A program made the translations under genes and the position numbers. A stretch of DNA of 63,853 nucleotides, the filler included, from Parasitella parasitica NRRL 2501 (taxonomy: Eukaryota > Fungi > Mucoromycota), in NCBI GenBank assembly GCA_025201805.1. It is 10 parts of 10 records of this genome, joined end to end, with 100 filler letters (N's around TTAATTAATTAA, not from the genome) between each part and the next. Parts side by side here need not be neighbours in the genome. Positions count along the whole stretch, not along the records: positions 25,069 to 32,770 come from MU619481.1; positions 32,871 to 35,720 come from MU619276.1; positions 35,821 to 43,700 come from MU619281.1; 7 more parts are not named here. One strand, given 5' to 3'. The notes beneath the pieces were generated by a model. It was given only the letters and a program-made list of their open reading frames with translations. It did no database searches and was not told the origin of the DNA. Positions 25,069 through 37,967 of this stretch are shown here, piece by piece. Each line of letters starts with the position of its first letter. Within the stretch, counting starts at the first letter, position 1.

Positions 25069-27038
25069 TCCTACAATGTGATGCTAGCTTGTATGGAATT
25101 GCCGCATGTCTCTATCAGAAAGATCACCTAGGTCGTATTAAACATATCGCCTTTGTAAGCAAATCGCTGAACCCAGCTGAACGCAACTGGTCAACAAATC
25201 GTAGAGAATGCGCTGCTGTTGTCTTTGGATTCATCAAATTCAGATCAATACTATGGGGTTACCCTGCCGGTATAGAGGTTTTGACAGACCATCTTGCCTT
25301 AACGTACATGTTTACGTCAACTACGTTAAATAGCACCTTACAAAGCTACTTGGAGATTTTGGGAGATTTCCAATTCACAATCTCTCATATTAAAGGTATT
25401 GATAATGTTCTCTGTGATGCTCTATCCAGAGTTTACCCTCCAATCGATGAAGACAAATATCTGGAAGATGAAAATGACAGACAATTAAAAAAACTCTATA
25501 AGCTCATCTTAATCAAAAGAGATACAAATAACAAAATCGAATTAAAGCGTGAAAGAACCATTTATTCCAAAGATCATAATCTCAATGTTCTTGCCATGAA
25601 GGTCAACAGTACCGACTTCAAAAATTCTACTACTGATTATATTGCTCCTCCTGAATCAGACCGTGCCCAAATCATTAAGGACGCACATAACATTGGTCAT
25701 TTTGGAGTCGAGGCAGTTGTTCAGCACATTCATACTTATCATGGTCTCCACTGGAATACTATCTATACCGATTGCAAAGAAATTCTTAAATCCTGCCGCG
25801 AATGCGCCAAGCACAACGTTGCACGCAAAGGGTTTAATCCTGCCAAAAGCATTGTCAGTTTTGATGCATTTGATCACGTAGCAATAGATCTCGTAGGTCC
25901 ATTACCCGTCACAGACAAAGGAAATGTTTACATCCTTGTTATGATTGATCTATGCACTCGCTACATCATTGCCCGCGCTATCCCTAACAAAAATAGTGCC
26001 ACTGTTGCTCAGACAATTCTGTCCATCTATGGAGATTATGGCCTTGCCTTAACTATTCAACAAACTGATAACGGAAAGGAATTTAGATCAAATCTAATGT
26101 CGCAATTCACAAAAGCATTAGGAATCAAACAAAGATTTTCCCTTCCATTCTACAAACAAAGCAACGGTAGTGTCGAGAATGCAAATAAGCAATTAGTCCA
26201 AACTTTACGTAAAATGTGCGGTAACGATACACATAATTGGGATGATAGACTACCGATCTGTCAGCTTGCCCTAAACATGAAAATAAAACAACGCACAGCT
26301 AGCACCCCGTTTAGTTTGATGTTTGCCCGTCAAGTTAATATCAATCCGAATCCAAATAATGTAAATCTCAACGGACGGCAAGCCCTTTCTATCACAGAAT
26401 TGCAACAAAGAATTGAACACATGAATTCTATCGTGTTTCCTGCTCTACAAGAACGCACAAAGCTTCTTGCTGAAGAATACAACAAGAAAATGGATAAGCA
26501 TCGCTATATTTTGCCCGAACTTCTATTCGATTCACCAGTCATGGTTCGACTTGAAGAAGGACGTCAATCCAAACTTGCTCCTCTATATGCTGGTCCATAT
26601 TTTGTTGTAAAACGCACTCAAGCAGGAAATTATGTTCTCAAAGACGAAACTAATAATTTGTTGCATCGTGAATATACTCCTTCTGAATTGAAACCCGTAA
26701 ATATCGATGAAACTGCATTTGAAGACGAAATCTTCGAAGTTGAAGACATTCGTGATCATCGTTATCGTTCAGATGGCGAAATAGAATATCTTGTCAAATG
26801 GTCTGGTTATTCCGAACGCGAAAATGAATATATCACAGCTGATATGTTCTCCACTCCCATTCCTATCAAAAAATATTGGGAAAAGGTCAAGCAAAATAAT
26901 GAACTACAAAAACAAAGACAAGCGGACGTAGTAAAGAAAAACGCCAACTATAAAAACTCTTCACTGGAAGAAAGGCATAAACGAAAAGCAGGTACACCGC
27001 TTCCCACAAGCCGTAAAACTCGACGTAGCCGTCATTAA
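25069..27038 (+). mobile_element. Ty3/gypsy chromovirus pol, partial (RNase H, integrase, chromodomain)
   Basis: CDASLYGI, ERNWSTNRRE, LTDH, HHCC zinc finger, IDLVGP/TDNGKEF/NGSVE, GPY module and FEVEDIRDHR...EYLVKWSGY chromodomain. Uninterrupted frame. Confidence 0.95.
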
Positions 27039-28199
27039 TGCTATCTGCTGTCGCATATCACTTTATGTTCCATNNNNNNNNNNNNNNNNNNNNNNNNNNN
27101 NNNNNNNNNNNNNNNNNNNNNNNNNNNNNNNNNNNNNNNNNNNNNNNNNNNNNNNNNNNNNNNNNNNNNNNNNNNNNNNNNNNNNNNNNNNNNNNNNNNN
27201 NNNNNNNNNNNNNNNNNNNNNNNNNNNNNNNNNNNNNNNNNNNNNNNNNNNNNNNNNNNNNNNNNNNNNNNNNNNNNNNNNNNNNNNNNNNNNNNNNNNN
27301 NNNNNNNNNNNNNNNNNNNNNNNNNNNNNNNNNNNNNNNNNNNNNNNNNNNNNNNNNNNNNNNNNNNNNNNNNNNNNNNNNNNNNNNNNNNNNNNNNNNN
27401 NNNNNNNNNNNNNNNNNNNNNNNNNNNNNNNNNNNNNNNNNNNNNNNNNNNNNNNNNNNNNNNNNNNNNNNNNNNNNNNNNNNNNNNNNNNNNNNNNNNN
27501 NNNNNNNNNNNNNNNNNNNNNNNNNNNNNNNNNNNNNNNNNNNNNNNNNNNNNNNNNNNNNNNNNNNNNNNNNNNNNNNNNNNNNNNNNNNNNNNNNNNN
27601 NNNNNNNNNNNNNNNNNNNNNNNNNNNNNNNNNNNNNNNNNNNNNNNNNNNNNNNNNNNNNNNNNNNNNNNNNNNNNNNNNNNNNNNNNNNNNNNNNNNN
27701 NNNNNNNNNNNNNNNNNNNNNNNNNNNNNNNNNNNNNNNNNNNNNNNNNNNNNNNNNNNNNNNNNNNNNNNNNNNNNNNNNNNNNNNNNNNNNNNNNNNN
27801 NNNNNNNNNNNNNNNNNNNNNNNNNNNNNNNNNTGGTATTGTAATGTCTGAGATATTGTATTTATAGAATAAAGAATATCGTTTTATTTATTGCTTAAAC
27901 TAAGAGTATTTATACTAGTTTGGTCTAACTACGAAGTACCTGATTACTAAGTATCAAGTACCAATTGATATCAATATGATCATGCTAGAAGTATTCATAT
28001 TATTGATACCTTCTATAGGATTGGGTACTTGATCTTATCTAAGCTTTCTACAAGCTTCCAGCATCCTCCGTAGTTATCGACCTATTCAAGCTCCGGCTAT
28101 GGTTGATCCCACTACAGGTATGTAATACCAAGTTTATTACATGTTCTACTGTACATTAATAGCTTATTCCTTTTCATTGTATACAAAGAATTACCAATC

Positions 28200-28445
28200 T
28201 AATAATTGCTTAATCTCATGCCTTTCTGGCACAACACTTTGGTCATTCAAACCTGGTCACAGTTTAACGCCTCAATCAGAAGCATTTTTAGAAATCATCA
28301 AACATAGTCTTTGCTCATTTCACTTAGTCTGTCGAACTGTGCCTGAGTTTACACAAAATCATGAAAGAACTCATTTGTTGAGAATTTTATTCCATCTTTA
28401 ATGGCTTTGACAAAATCACTGGATTCATTGAATTCAAATGGTAAG
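28200..28445 (+). pseudogene. Frameshifted fragment of a Mucorales multicopy protein family (possibly PD-(D/E)XK nuclease-like)
   Basis: With two frameshifts it reads NHERTHFVENFIPSLMALTKITGFIEFKW followed by a GTAAG donor. The family assignment is from recollection only. Confidence 0.3.
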
Positions 28446-28470
28446 AAAAAAAAGGAGAAATAGAGAAGAA

Positions 28471-28903
28471 TGTTGTGCCAGTGTCAAAGGGCGCAGCGTA
28501 ATGTTATGTAAAATATGATTTGTATAAAGTAATAAAGACTTTTCTGAATAAAACCAGATACAAAACTGAAGACTTTTATTGACATAAGATATGATCTCTA
28601 TTTATACTAAAATATATCCCAATCAATGTTTATCCACATAACATCTGATGTTTGACAAGAAGTGTCAAACCTTATTAAATCACAGCATTTCCAGGACAGA
28701 CCTATCTTTCTATTTTACATCAAAGAAAAGATTGGGTAGGACGTCTTACCGACATCCCGCGATCTGATCTAGATGTATTCTTTGAATAAGCCTGGAACCT
28801 TGCAAGAGGTCCAATTACAACTTGTAGCTTATTCCTTATTTGTAAAAGAATGACCAATAATTAATATCATGATCCGTACCTTATAACTATGCTAGATATG
28901 GCA
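28471..28903 (+). mobile_element. LTR family A copy, nearly complete
   Basis: Starts TGTTGTGCCAGTGTCAAAGGGCGCAGC, aligns with the other copies and lacks the last about 25 bp. Confidence 0.75.
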
Positions 28904-30195
28904 TGTGAAGTGAACTAGACTAGATTCCGATCATAAAATATTGTCATCTTCCCAATGATAGTAGCTATGGCTACAAAGATAAACAAGTAGCAGGGATAGA
29001 AATTGACACATGACAAAATAAAATATTACGCCACAAACTAAAGCCTGAAAAGGAACTGAGAGTTATATGAATAACGATTATTTCCAAAGACAATTAAATA
29101 AAGAGACTACAAGCGATTATATCACGGAGAACGTAGGGTCTTTATTAAAGATTGAAAAGGAAGCCAGGATTGCTCTGGTCCTGGTTTCTAAAAGTCTTTA
29201 TACAATTCCATTTGAATGTCAGTGTCAATATTGGAATTGAGATGAGATTCAACCTTCAATTAATAGGCGAAAACCGACAGGAACAATTCATCAAACAATA
29301 AAAGCTGCCTAATCGCGTGAATAAAAACATGTTTAAAATGCTGTCCTTGATCCATCGTTAGATCAAAAACGTTAATATACAGCTTAATAATATTTACTCT
29401 ACTCAAGTAAGATTAGGAGAGCTACGATAAAATTATTCTATTGATGACCTGAAGAATAAGAGCCATCTCTAATCAACTCAAGTACTATAATAAAGTGTTT
29501 TAATAAACCAGAGGGGCTGAAACGAGTTTATAAAACAACATAAAAAATAACGAAACTCTGAAAAATAACAATAATACAATTGTCGACACCTAGCAAATTA
29601 TACATATACAAATATAAATTAACAGCTAATTGCATAATCCGTCCACTTTCAAAACAAAGAAGGGTTTTAATTATACCTAGCTTTTTATTAAAACTTTTTA
29701 TTATGTCTCTTTGCACTACGTTCATTTTAGCCAAAGTGATGAGCAAATATCTGATATTGATGATAAATATTGATAAATAAAACTGTTTTTGCACATAACT
29801 TTTGATACAGACATCGCCCTGTGGAACCCAAGTTATGCTCAAATAGCGATGATCATGCCTGATTTGATGGCGCATAAGACAGGCTTTGATTTAGCTCTAC
29901 AGTTGTTGACTCATAAAAAGTTGAAATTTTTCAAATAATTGACGATGGTGGTCAACTTGGCCACTCGGTTTGTAGCAGTGGTATCGGTATTGTTAATAAA
30001 CGAGTAGTTTTTCTCATTTTTCTCTATCAAAAATCAATATTTTTTGATGAAACAAAAACCAGCTAACTCAGAATCACTTTCGGAGTTTTAAAAGGGACAA
30101 GAAACGGTTTAAACTCCGTCAGAAATTGAGTTTCCATTTATGCGTGTTTATGTTCTTCGAAGAAATTTGTAATTTATAAATTTATGAATAATATG

Positions 30196-32114
30196 TGTTA
30201 TATTCATATAAAGACTACATATGGCATATCTAACTTTATCATAATGCACGGATCATGATTTTAATTGTTGGTAATTGTTTTTCAAAATAAGGAATAAGCT
30301 AAAAGTTGTAATCGGACCTCTTGCAAGAAGGTTCCAGGCTTATTTAAAAAATACATCTAGATCAGATCGCAGGATGTCGGGAAGACATCCTACCCAATCT
30401 TCTCTTTAATGTAAAATAGAAAGATAGGTCTGTCCTGGAAATGNNNNNNNNNNNNNNNNNNNNNNNNNNNNNNNNNNNNNNNNNNNNNNNNNNNNNNNNN
30501 NNNNNNNNNNNNNNNNNNNNNNNNNNNNNNNNNNNNNNNNNNNNNNNNNNNNNNNNNNNNNNNNNNNNNNNNNNNNNNNNNNNNNNNNNNNNNNNNNNNN
30601 NNNNNNNNNNNNNNNNNNNNNNNNNNNNNNNNNNNNNNNNNNNNNNNNNNNNNNNNNNNNNNNNNNNNNNNNNNNNNNNNNNNNNNNNNNNNNNNNNNNN
30701 NNNNNNNNNNNNNNNNNNNNNNNNNNNNNNNNNNNNNNNNNNNNNNNNNNNNNNNNNNNNNNNNNNNNNNNNNNNNNNNNNNNNNNNNNNNNNNNNNNNN
30801 NNNNNNNNNNNNNNNNNNNNNNNNNNNNNNNNNNNNNNNNNNNNNNNNNNNNNNNNNNNNNNNNNNNNNNNNNNNNNNNNNNNNNNNNNNNNNNNNNNNN
30901 NNNNNNNNNNNNNNNNNNNNNNNNNNNNNNNNNNNNNNNNNNNNNNNNNNNNNNNNNNNNNNNNNNNNNNNNNNNNNNNNNNNNNNNNNNNNNNNNNNNN
31001 NNNNNNNNNNNNNNNNNNNNNNNNNNNNNNNNNNNNNNNNNNNNNNNNNNNNNNNNNNNNNNNNNNNNNNNNNNNNNNNNNNNNNNNNNNNNNNNNNNNN
31101 NNNNNNNNNNNNNNNNNNNNNNNNNNNNNNNNNNNNNNNNNNNNNNNNNNNNNNNNNNNNNNNNNNNNNNNNNNNNNNNNNNNNNNNNNNNNNNNNNNNN
31201 NNNNNNNNNNNNNNNNNNNNNNNNNNNNNNNNNNNNNNNNNNNNNNNNNNNNNNNNNNNNNNNNNNNNNNNNNNNNNNNNNNNNNNNNNNNNNNNNNNNN
31301 NNNGTTAATTCAACGTTTTATATTATACTTTTCTTATTTCGATCTTGCAGATCTCGACATTATGCATAACACAAAAACCACTCCATAGCATTTATTTACG
31401 CTTAGGGCTTTTGCCTCTGACGTCCTTAACATTTCCTTTTTTACATCTTTTTCTTCGCCCTAATCTTTGTTGTCTCTTTCTTTGGTCCTCATTTTTATCT
31501 CTACCTTTACTTCGTGTGTTTTCGTTCATTTGTATTATTTGTAAACACAATCACCTTTAACTTAATCTTATATGAATATTATAGAATAGTAATTTTGATT
31601 TCTTGTACATCAACTGTAAAAAGCCATTGAACCACAATGGCTCAATAAAATCGAAGTCTTATATTGATATTAGCAACCTTTATTTACATGAATAAAGTCA
31701 AATAAATCGTGGTTTATATCGGGATGACTCTCAATCTAACGGAGTTGTTGACAAATGTATCATTTTTTAGTTTTGGAAGTCATCCATTATTGAATAGTAT
31801 CTCTTTGTTTTTACAGTCGGCAAACATACTATCTATCAATTTATAACTTTATATAGTAATTGTATAGCAACTATTCGTACATATCAGTCACGGAAATTCT
31901 GTGATTTAATAAGGTTTGACACTTCTTGTCAAACATCAGATATTTTGTGGATAAACATTGATTGGGATATATTTGAGTATAAATAGAAATCATATATCTT
32001 ACGTCAATAAAAGTCTTCAGTTTTGAATCTGGTTTTATGCAGAAAAGTCTTTATTACTTTATACAAATAATATTTGCATAGCATTACGCTGCGCCCTTTG
32101 ACACTGACACAACA
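30196..32114 (-). mobile_element. LTR family A, inverted halves (30196-30443 and 31892-32114) separated by a gap and foreign sequence
   Basis: Both halves are reverse-complement matches to 28471-28903 and to the 3' end seen at 46808. Confidence 0.7.
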
Positions 32115-33226
32115 ACTATAATCAAGTTTGCAGTTCTTTATTATAAAAGTATATACAGGAGGCTCTTTCGCTTATTGGATACTTTTAATATAAGGTCCAA
32201 ATACTCAAAGCGTCATAACTCGATATTAACAACAGCTACCATGCGCCAACTTCTACACCGGGAATGCATAGGCATCTATCTATTCTATACCCAAAAATCA
32301 AATTTCGTGATCTTTTAACCACATTTTACCAAATTTACTTTTCTGCCACCACATGCCAACATCATGGGTTGACAAGGTCGCTGGAGGCCACCAGCGTAAG
32401 GTCGCTAACATGGTCCGTCGTGTTGATTCAAACAACCGGTTGGAACGTCTAATTATTACTGATGTATATTTCAGATATTTCAATACAATAAAAAGAGACT
32501 TGTAATAATTCACAGCTTTCAACTGTATCCGAACAATAAAAGAAGTATATCGTTTATTATGATATAAATACAGGGTATTTATATCTTCAATTATTTACTA
32601 CAACTCAGATGGTAGCTGTAATAACCAATAGATTAATGTGATAGTATGTTGTCACTGTTGATGAACGAATAGAAAATACACCGTGTTATCGTTGTCAATT
32701 GGTTTGATATGTTTCATTGTTGAGATTGATCCAAGAATATGAGCTGATGTAACATATCAAATAGTTTGTTNNNNNNNNNNNNNNNNNNNNNNNNNNNNNN
32801 NNNNNNNNNNNNNNTTAATTAATTAANNNNNNNNNNNNNNNNNNNNNNNNNNNNNNNNNNNNNNNNNNNNTGTAGCCCTTGCTGTATAACCTCATATCGT
32901 ACCTTGTCAAGTAGATTGTCACTGTGAATTAGTCTTGTCAATTAGTAATCTAAATAAGTCACCATAAATTTATGTAGTTGTAAAAAGTATAAATAGCAGA
33001 TGCAATTTCGATCTTAAATAAAGTATCTTTAGTTTTCGTATCTCGTTAACCTTTGGTTTTTTTATTATCTTTTTGATCCAACAGAGATTGTACTTTGATC
33101 ATGAGTGCAAGCTTCTACCAACACTTGTTAATGTTTACTTGTGTTTTTCATGTATTTCTTTCTTGGATGGATCAGCCATGATCCATCTGGATTTTATTTT
33201 AATGTCATTGTGGTGCCATATAATGG

Positions 33227-35332
33227 GTGCCATTTTATTACAGTGCTGCCTCAACTTCTTCTACAAATGTTAAGCGTGTCGGTCTCTCTACTGTCAACAT
33301 ATCTGCTGTTGTTAATCTCCATAACGAGCAATCAATAAATGATCCACACAGCAATCGCCCTCACCCTCATGGTAAGCTTTTTGATGCTCTTTTACAAAGC
33401 CTCAAGTATGAAGAACACAAGCTAGCACAAACGGGAAACTATGTCGATCGCGGAGTGGGTACTGTAGCTGATGGGTACTCTACTACTGCTGAAATGAAGA
33501 AACTTGTAGAGCATTACTTTCATAAAAATACCCAAGAGGGGTTACGAAATGGTGTTACTTTTTTGTTGCAACATTATGGGTTACTTCGTGGGGAAAGTTT
33601 GCGTATGATGGAGTTTCCAGACCTGCAATGCATGCTATTAGAAAATGAGGGGATCAGCCCATGTTATGCGTTCATTATGGTATTAAAACAAGGCAAAACA
33701 TATCAATAAGGCCGTTTGGAGTTTGCTGCTTGTTTACGTAACAAGAATATAAACATTTGTCCTCAAATGCTACTCTCTTTTTATCTATTCTATCCTTGGC
33801 ATATTGCAGGTGAACCTTTTCCCGAATTCAATGAGAATCGCAATTGGTTTGATTTCAAATTGACTAGATCAAGAAACGACCCCGAGACCTCCATCTCTTG
33901 CGATCACCATCTTAACTGCACAAAAGAAGCATTTAAAGCTGTTGGTCTTAATAGCAAAGCAAAAACTCATGCAGTGAGGGGCTCTGGTACAAGAATGGCG
34001 GAGATGTTTGGTACAAATGAAGCAGCCATCCAGCGCCTAGGTCACTGGAACAATTCAGCATTGACGTCGAACTATCTAACTCATTTGCCAAGAGAAGCAT
34101 TGAGAACATTAGCAGGTTTCACAAGAGATGCTGGGCAGTTTTACTTGATCCGTTCCACAGTAACACCACCAGAAGAGCTGCTAAAGAAGGTATTTTCTCG
34201 AGTTGATTATTGGTTAGAAAGGATTAACAAAGAGGAAGTATTGGAAACTTCAACTGCTGCCGATGGATTTTTGCGTCTTCTGCTCCAATTACGTATTGTA
34301 TTCCTTCAGGACTCAGTAATTATGAAGAAGACTTACCCTGACCATGCACTTTGGTATGATACATTGTTTCAAGATGAATTGTATTTACAATTTGAACGGT
34401 ATGTAGAAAATAGCGCCTCAAAAATAACAGAGAGAAATCTTATTTTTTGCATTTTTTTAAAAATTTTAGCAATTTAAATCATGCTCTCGAGAATACCGAA
34501 GAACCTGATGATTTGTTACTTCAAAGAGCCATACCACAAGTCGACAACCACCTCAGAGATTTGAAGAATCAAATATCTACTTTGTCTGCCCAAGTTCAAT
34601 CTCTTAATACTCTATGTCAAGGCTTCCAAACTTTTCCAGCTGAAATTTTTCAGTAACTAGAACCCTTTCTTACGGTTAACAATCAAGCTCGTTCAATGAT
34701 GGAGCAGTGGAACAAACTTGTGACACAGGGTGCTACTTTGAATGTTCGCTTGGATACTCAAGATGCCGCCATGTCATTTGAGCAGCAGTCAGGACTTCCG
34801 AGAGGCGAATCCTTTGCAGTCCAGGTAAATAATCTTGAAGGATTGTCTCACAATCAACGTCCACAGAAGAAACACACTAGCAGCACCACTATTAAATAAT
34901 TCGACATTGTCAAGTCAATTTTCTTTCTCTCTCCCTACAACATCCCAGCCAGTGCCTGCCTCACAACAGCCAACATCTTCAGCAGCAACAGGAACCGAAG
35001 GACTTGATATCACTATTCAAGCTTTCAAAAATGCCGAAATTTTACCTGCTCTTTGGCGTATTTGGTTTGATGGTCTTCCCGGTTACCATCCAGTGTGTAA
35101 ACTTGATAGAATACATGGAGTTAAAAATTGAAGAGGAACATCAAGTCTTTCAAAATTCTACCAACGCCGTCAAAAAGTGATTAAGCGAATCGAGATATTT
35201 CTGCGTAATAGAAACTACAGCGAAAGTAACCAAAATGAAGCAATCAAGATACTAGAAGAAAAAAGAACCCGCAACGAAAATGGTGCAATAAGCATTCATA
35301 ATATATCAGAAAATCTTGATGAGTTCTTTTAA
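33227..35332 (+). mobile_element. Crypton (tyrosine recombinase/Ndc10-II-like domain plus GCR1_C), decayed
   Basis: YR catalytic set LLRGES (R), QGKT (K), THAVR (HxxR), LGHW (W), SNYL (Y). Intron at 34399-34469. C-terminal LWRIWFDG...KLDRIHG...FYQRRQKVI is GCR1_C-like. Several in-frame stops; 5' end missing. Confidence 0.88.
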
Positions 35333-36010
35333 TTAAAACAGATACACATGTAATATTATAAAATATATCATCTCTGCACTAGTTTTTTTTCGTATCCCTC
35401 GTAGACACTGTCTCCATAAAATTATAAAATTTCTTTTACGCATATTCTGATCCAAAACTTGATTTATTTTTTTGGAGCGACTTTGATCAAAAATAACTCC
35501 AGCTATTTGTGATTATTTTCCCAAATAACTCGGGTTATAAGCTAAGTCGCCATATCGGAGGTAGAAACTTCGTCGACTTTTGTCGACTTTGAGAATTTAT
35601 AAATTGTTATATGGATTCACGGAAAATAGCAGATCAGAGCTTGGCTCTGCATCTTGTCTATTTGCAACGTTTGTTGCGTCCACCCTCTTCGGCTAATTTT
35701 GTCAATGCTTGGTTGGTTTANNNNNNNNNNNNNNNNNNNNNNNNNNNNNNNNNNNNNNNNNNNNTTAATTAATTAANNNNNNNNNNNNNNNNNNNNNNNN
35801 NNNNNNNNNNNNNNNNNNNNAACGGGAGGCATTTTAATTACTATTTTTGGAAAAAAGTGAAGTTTCTTTGAAGGTAAATGCAGTGAAAGTTTATAAACAA
35901 AACAAATTCGAATCATTTAAAAAATATCTGTGTATGCAATAAACTTTGTACGCATAGAGCGTAATTGTAAAAAATCAAACCCTCATCCATTCAAAAATCT
36001 TCATTTAGCA

Positions 36011-36049
36011 TCGGCCCAACTGGGCTGAATCGGCCCAAATGGGCTGACC
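36011..36049. repeat. Two tandem quasi-palindromes (TCGGCCCAAnTGGGCTGA), probably a DNA-transposon terminus
   Basis: Directly visible GC-rich pair in AT-rich DNA. The TE origin is inferred. Confidence 0.5.
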
Positions 36050-37967
36050 TAATCTATACTTGTTAACTAATACGTAATCCAGTCAATAAGACAACACTGA
36101 AGAGCTTGATGTATAAATCACTATGGATAACATAAACACTATGGATGCTACCACCAAGGAAGTCATCACAGCTGTCATGATTTTATATGTACCATAGATT
36201 ATACGTGGTTTTAAGCTGAAAATGCACTATTGCTTAGATATTACAGCCAAAAAAAAGAAAAAAAACAGATTCTCGTCTTGTATCAAGAGCGACATAAGTT
36301 TCGTTTTTTTTATTAGCATTAGCTCTCATCAATACTTATGAAATATGCCAAAATATTTTAAGTTTCAGGTATAAAATATGTTTTTTTTTAAATGTTTAGT
36401 TGCATCTAGTGATTTATATGCCTAAATAGACTTATTAAACATAGTTTGCAAGCAATTTAAGTTAAAGGACAAGGTATTTTCGACTGTGTGTCAATATTTT
36501 GTATAAATATTACTTGAAAAAGCAAATTTGTTTATATTTTTGGAGTATATCATCGTCACAGTAGAATTCCCTTCCTATACTACAACTTGATTGCTGAAAA
36601 TTAAGCAAATTTTCATTGTCTACTTTTTTAGCGGAAGTGGATTAACTTGATTCGATGATGCCCTGCTGTTTGCAATATTTTGTTCGCGGTAATAAAAAAA
36701 AGTCGAGTTCTTAATATGCAAAAAATCGATTTTCATTTTTAACATTTCAGTGGTTAGTATTCCTGTTATTTCGTAAGCCAACCAAGGTATTTTATGAGAG
36801 TGTTTATCAGTTATCAGCTAGTGTTTTTTTTAGTCTAGTCTGTTATATATAGGTGTTTGGCAATGTCTTTTTTAAAGATATCACAAGTAAGAGCATTTTT
36901 TCCATATCTTCTTAAATATCTACATTGCAACATTTATAAATAGGCAAGTTACACACAACCACTTAAGCAGTGCATCACTGTTAAACTAGCGATTGTATGT
37001 GTAAAAAAAGTTTATTTTTATTTTTATCATCTCTGAATGCTTTTCATTTTCTGGATTCTAACCACCAGGGCTGATGGAATTTTCACGTTTCGAAATCATA
37101 CCTCTCATCGAAGTTTTACGACAATAAAAAAAAAAGAAAGGATTAATAACTAGTAAATAATTTTTTTCTACATATATCAAGAGTAAACAACACTATCATT
37201 ATCCACATGTTCATTTTGTGAACTCTTTTGAAATTAATACCCCAGAAAGAAGAACAAGAAGAAGCATGGTGCAAGATAAAATTGAACCGCGATTTAGATT
37301 AAGCAAATAACCTAAAGACTAACACTATTCACATTAATAATGTACCATAATGATTTTGTATATCGCAAATTAGCATATGAAAACTAAGCGTCTCCTTTAA
37401 ACTATCATATACATGTATTCTATCATAGACTATGATTTAGAGTTTAAGCGTATGTATGGATAGAGTAATAGCATAATATGACACACTTTGCTAAAATTTG
37501 TTACATATTACGCTACAGAAATCAACAAACAAATGCACAATGTGTATATGTGTGCGGGAAACACAGTTGCTATGGAAACAAAGTAATGGTTTATATGGCC
37601 TCCATAGCAATAAAGTTTTTTAGTCTGTCAGAGAGCAATTTAGTTTCCTAAACAACAGAAATTCAATCAAATTAGAAAGTGTTCATAGGTTGAAATACAG
37701 TAAATTTTGCTGGAATCAGGTCTAAAAAAGTAGCCGGTCGTCACTGTGCGTTTATTTTACCCCTCTTTTTCAGTTTTCAGTTTCTTTTTTCTTTTCTTCC
37801 TTCCTTTATTCCTTTTGAATAATCTTATTGGAATTCTTTTTTATCTCTTAATTCTTGCTTATTTTTATTTTTACATTTGCAAATTATTTCTTAACATTTG
37901 CATCTTTTTTGGTTTTTTTTCTACAACTAAAAAAAACACAATTTTGGAAAAAGAAAGCAGGACGGTA

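Noticed and set aside
19327-31388. Long X-filled ORFs (19327, 20632-21068, 27038, 30441)
   Set aside because: Artefacts of translating N gaps.
37746-37967. Hydrophobic transmembrane-like N-terminus on the kinase
   Set aside because: GTG-started translation of a T-rich 5' region; group III kinases are soluble and the first ATG is at 37968.
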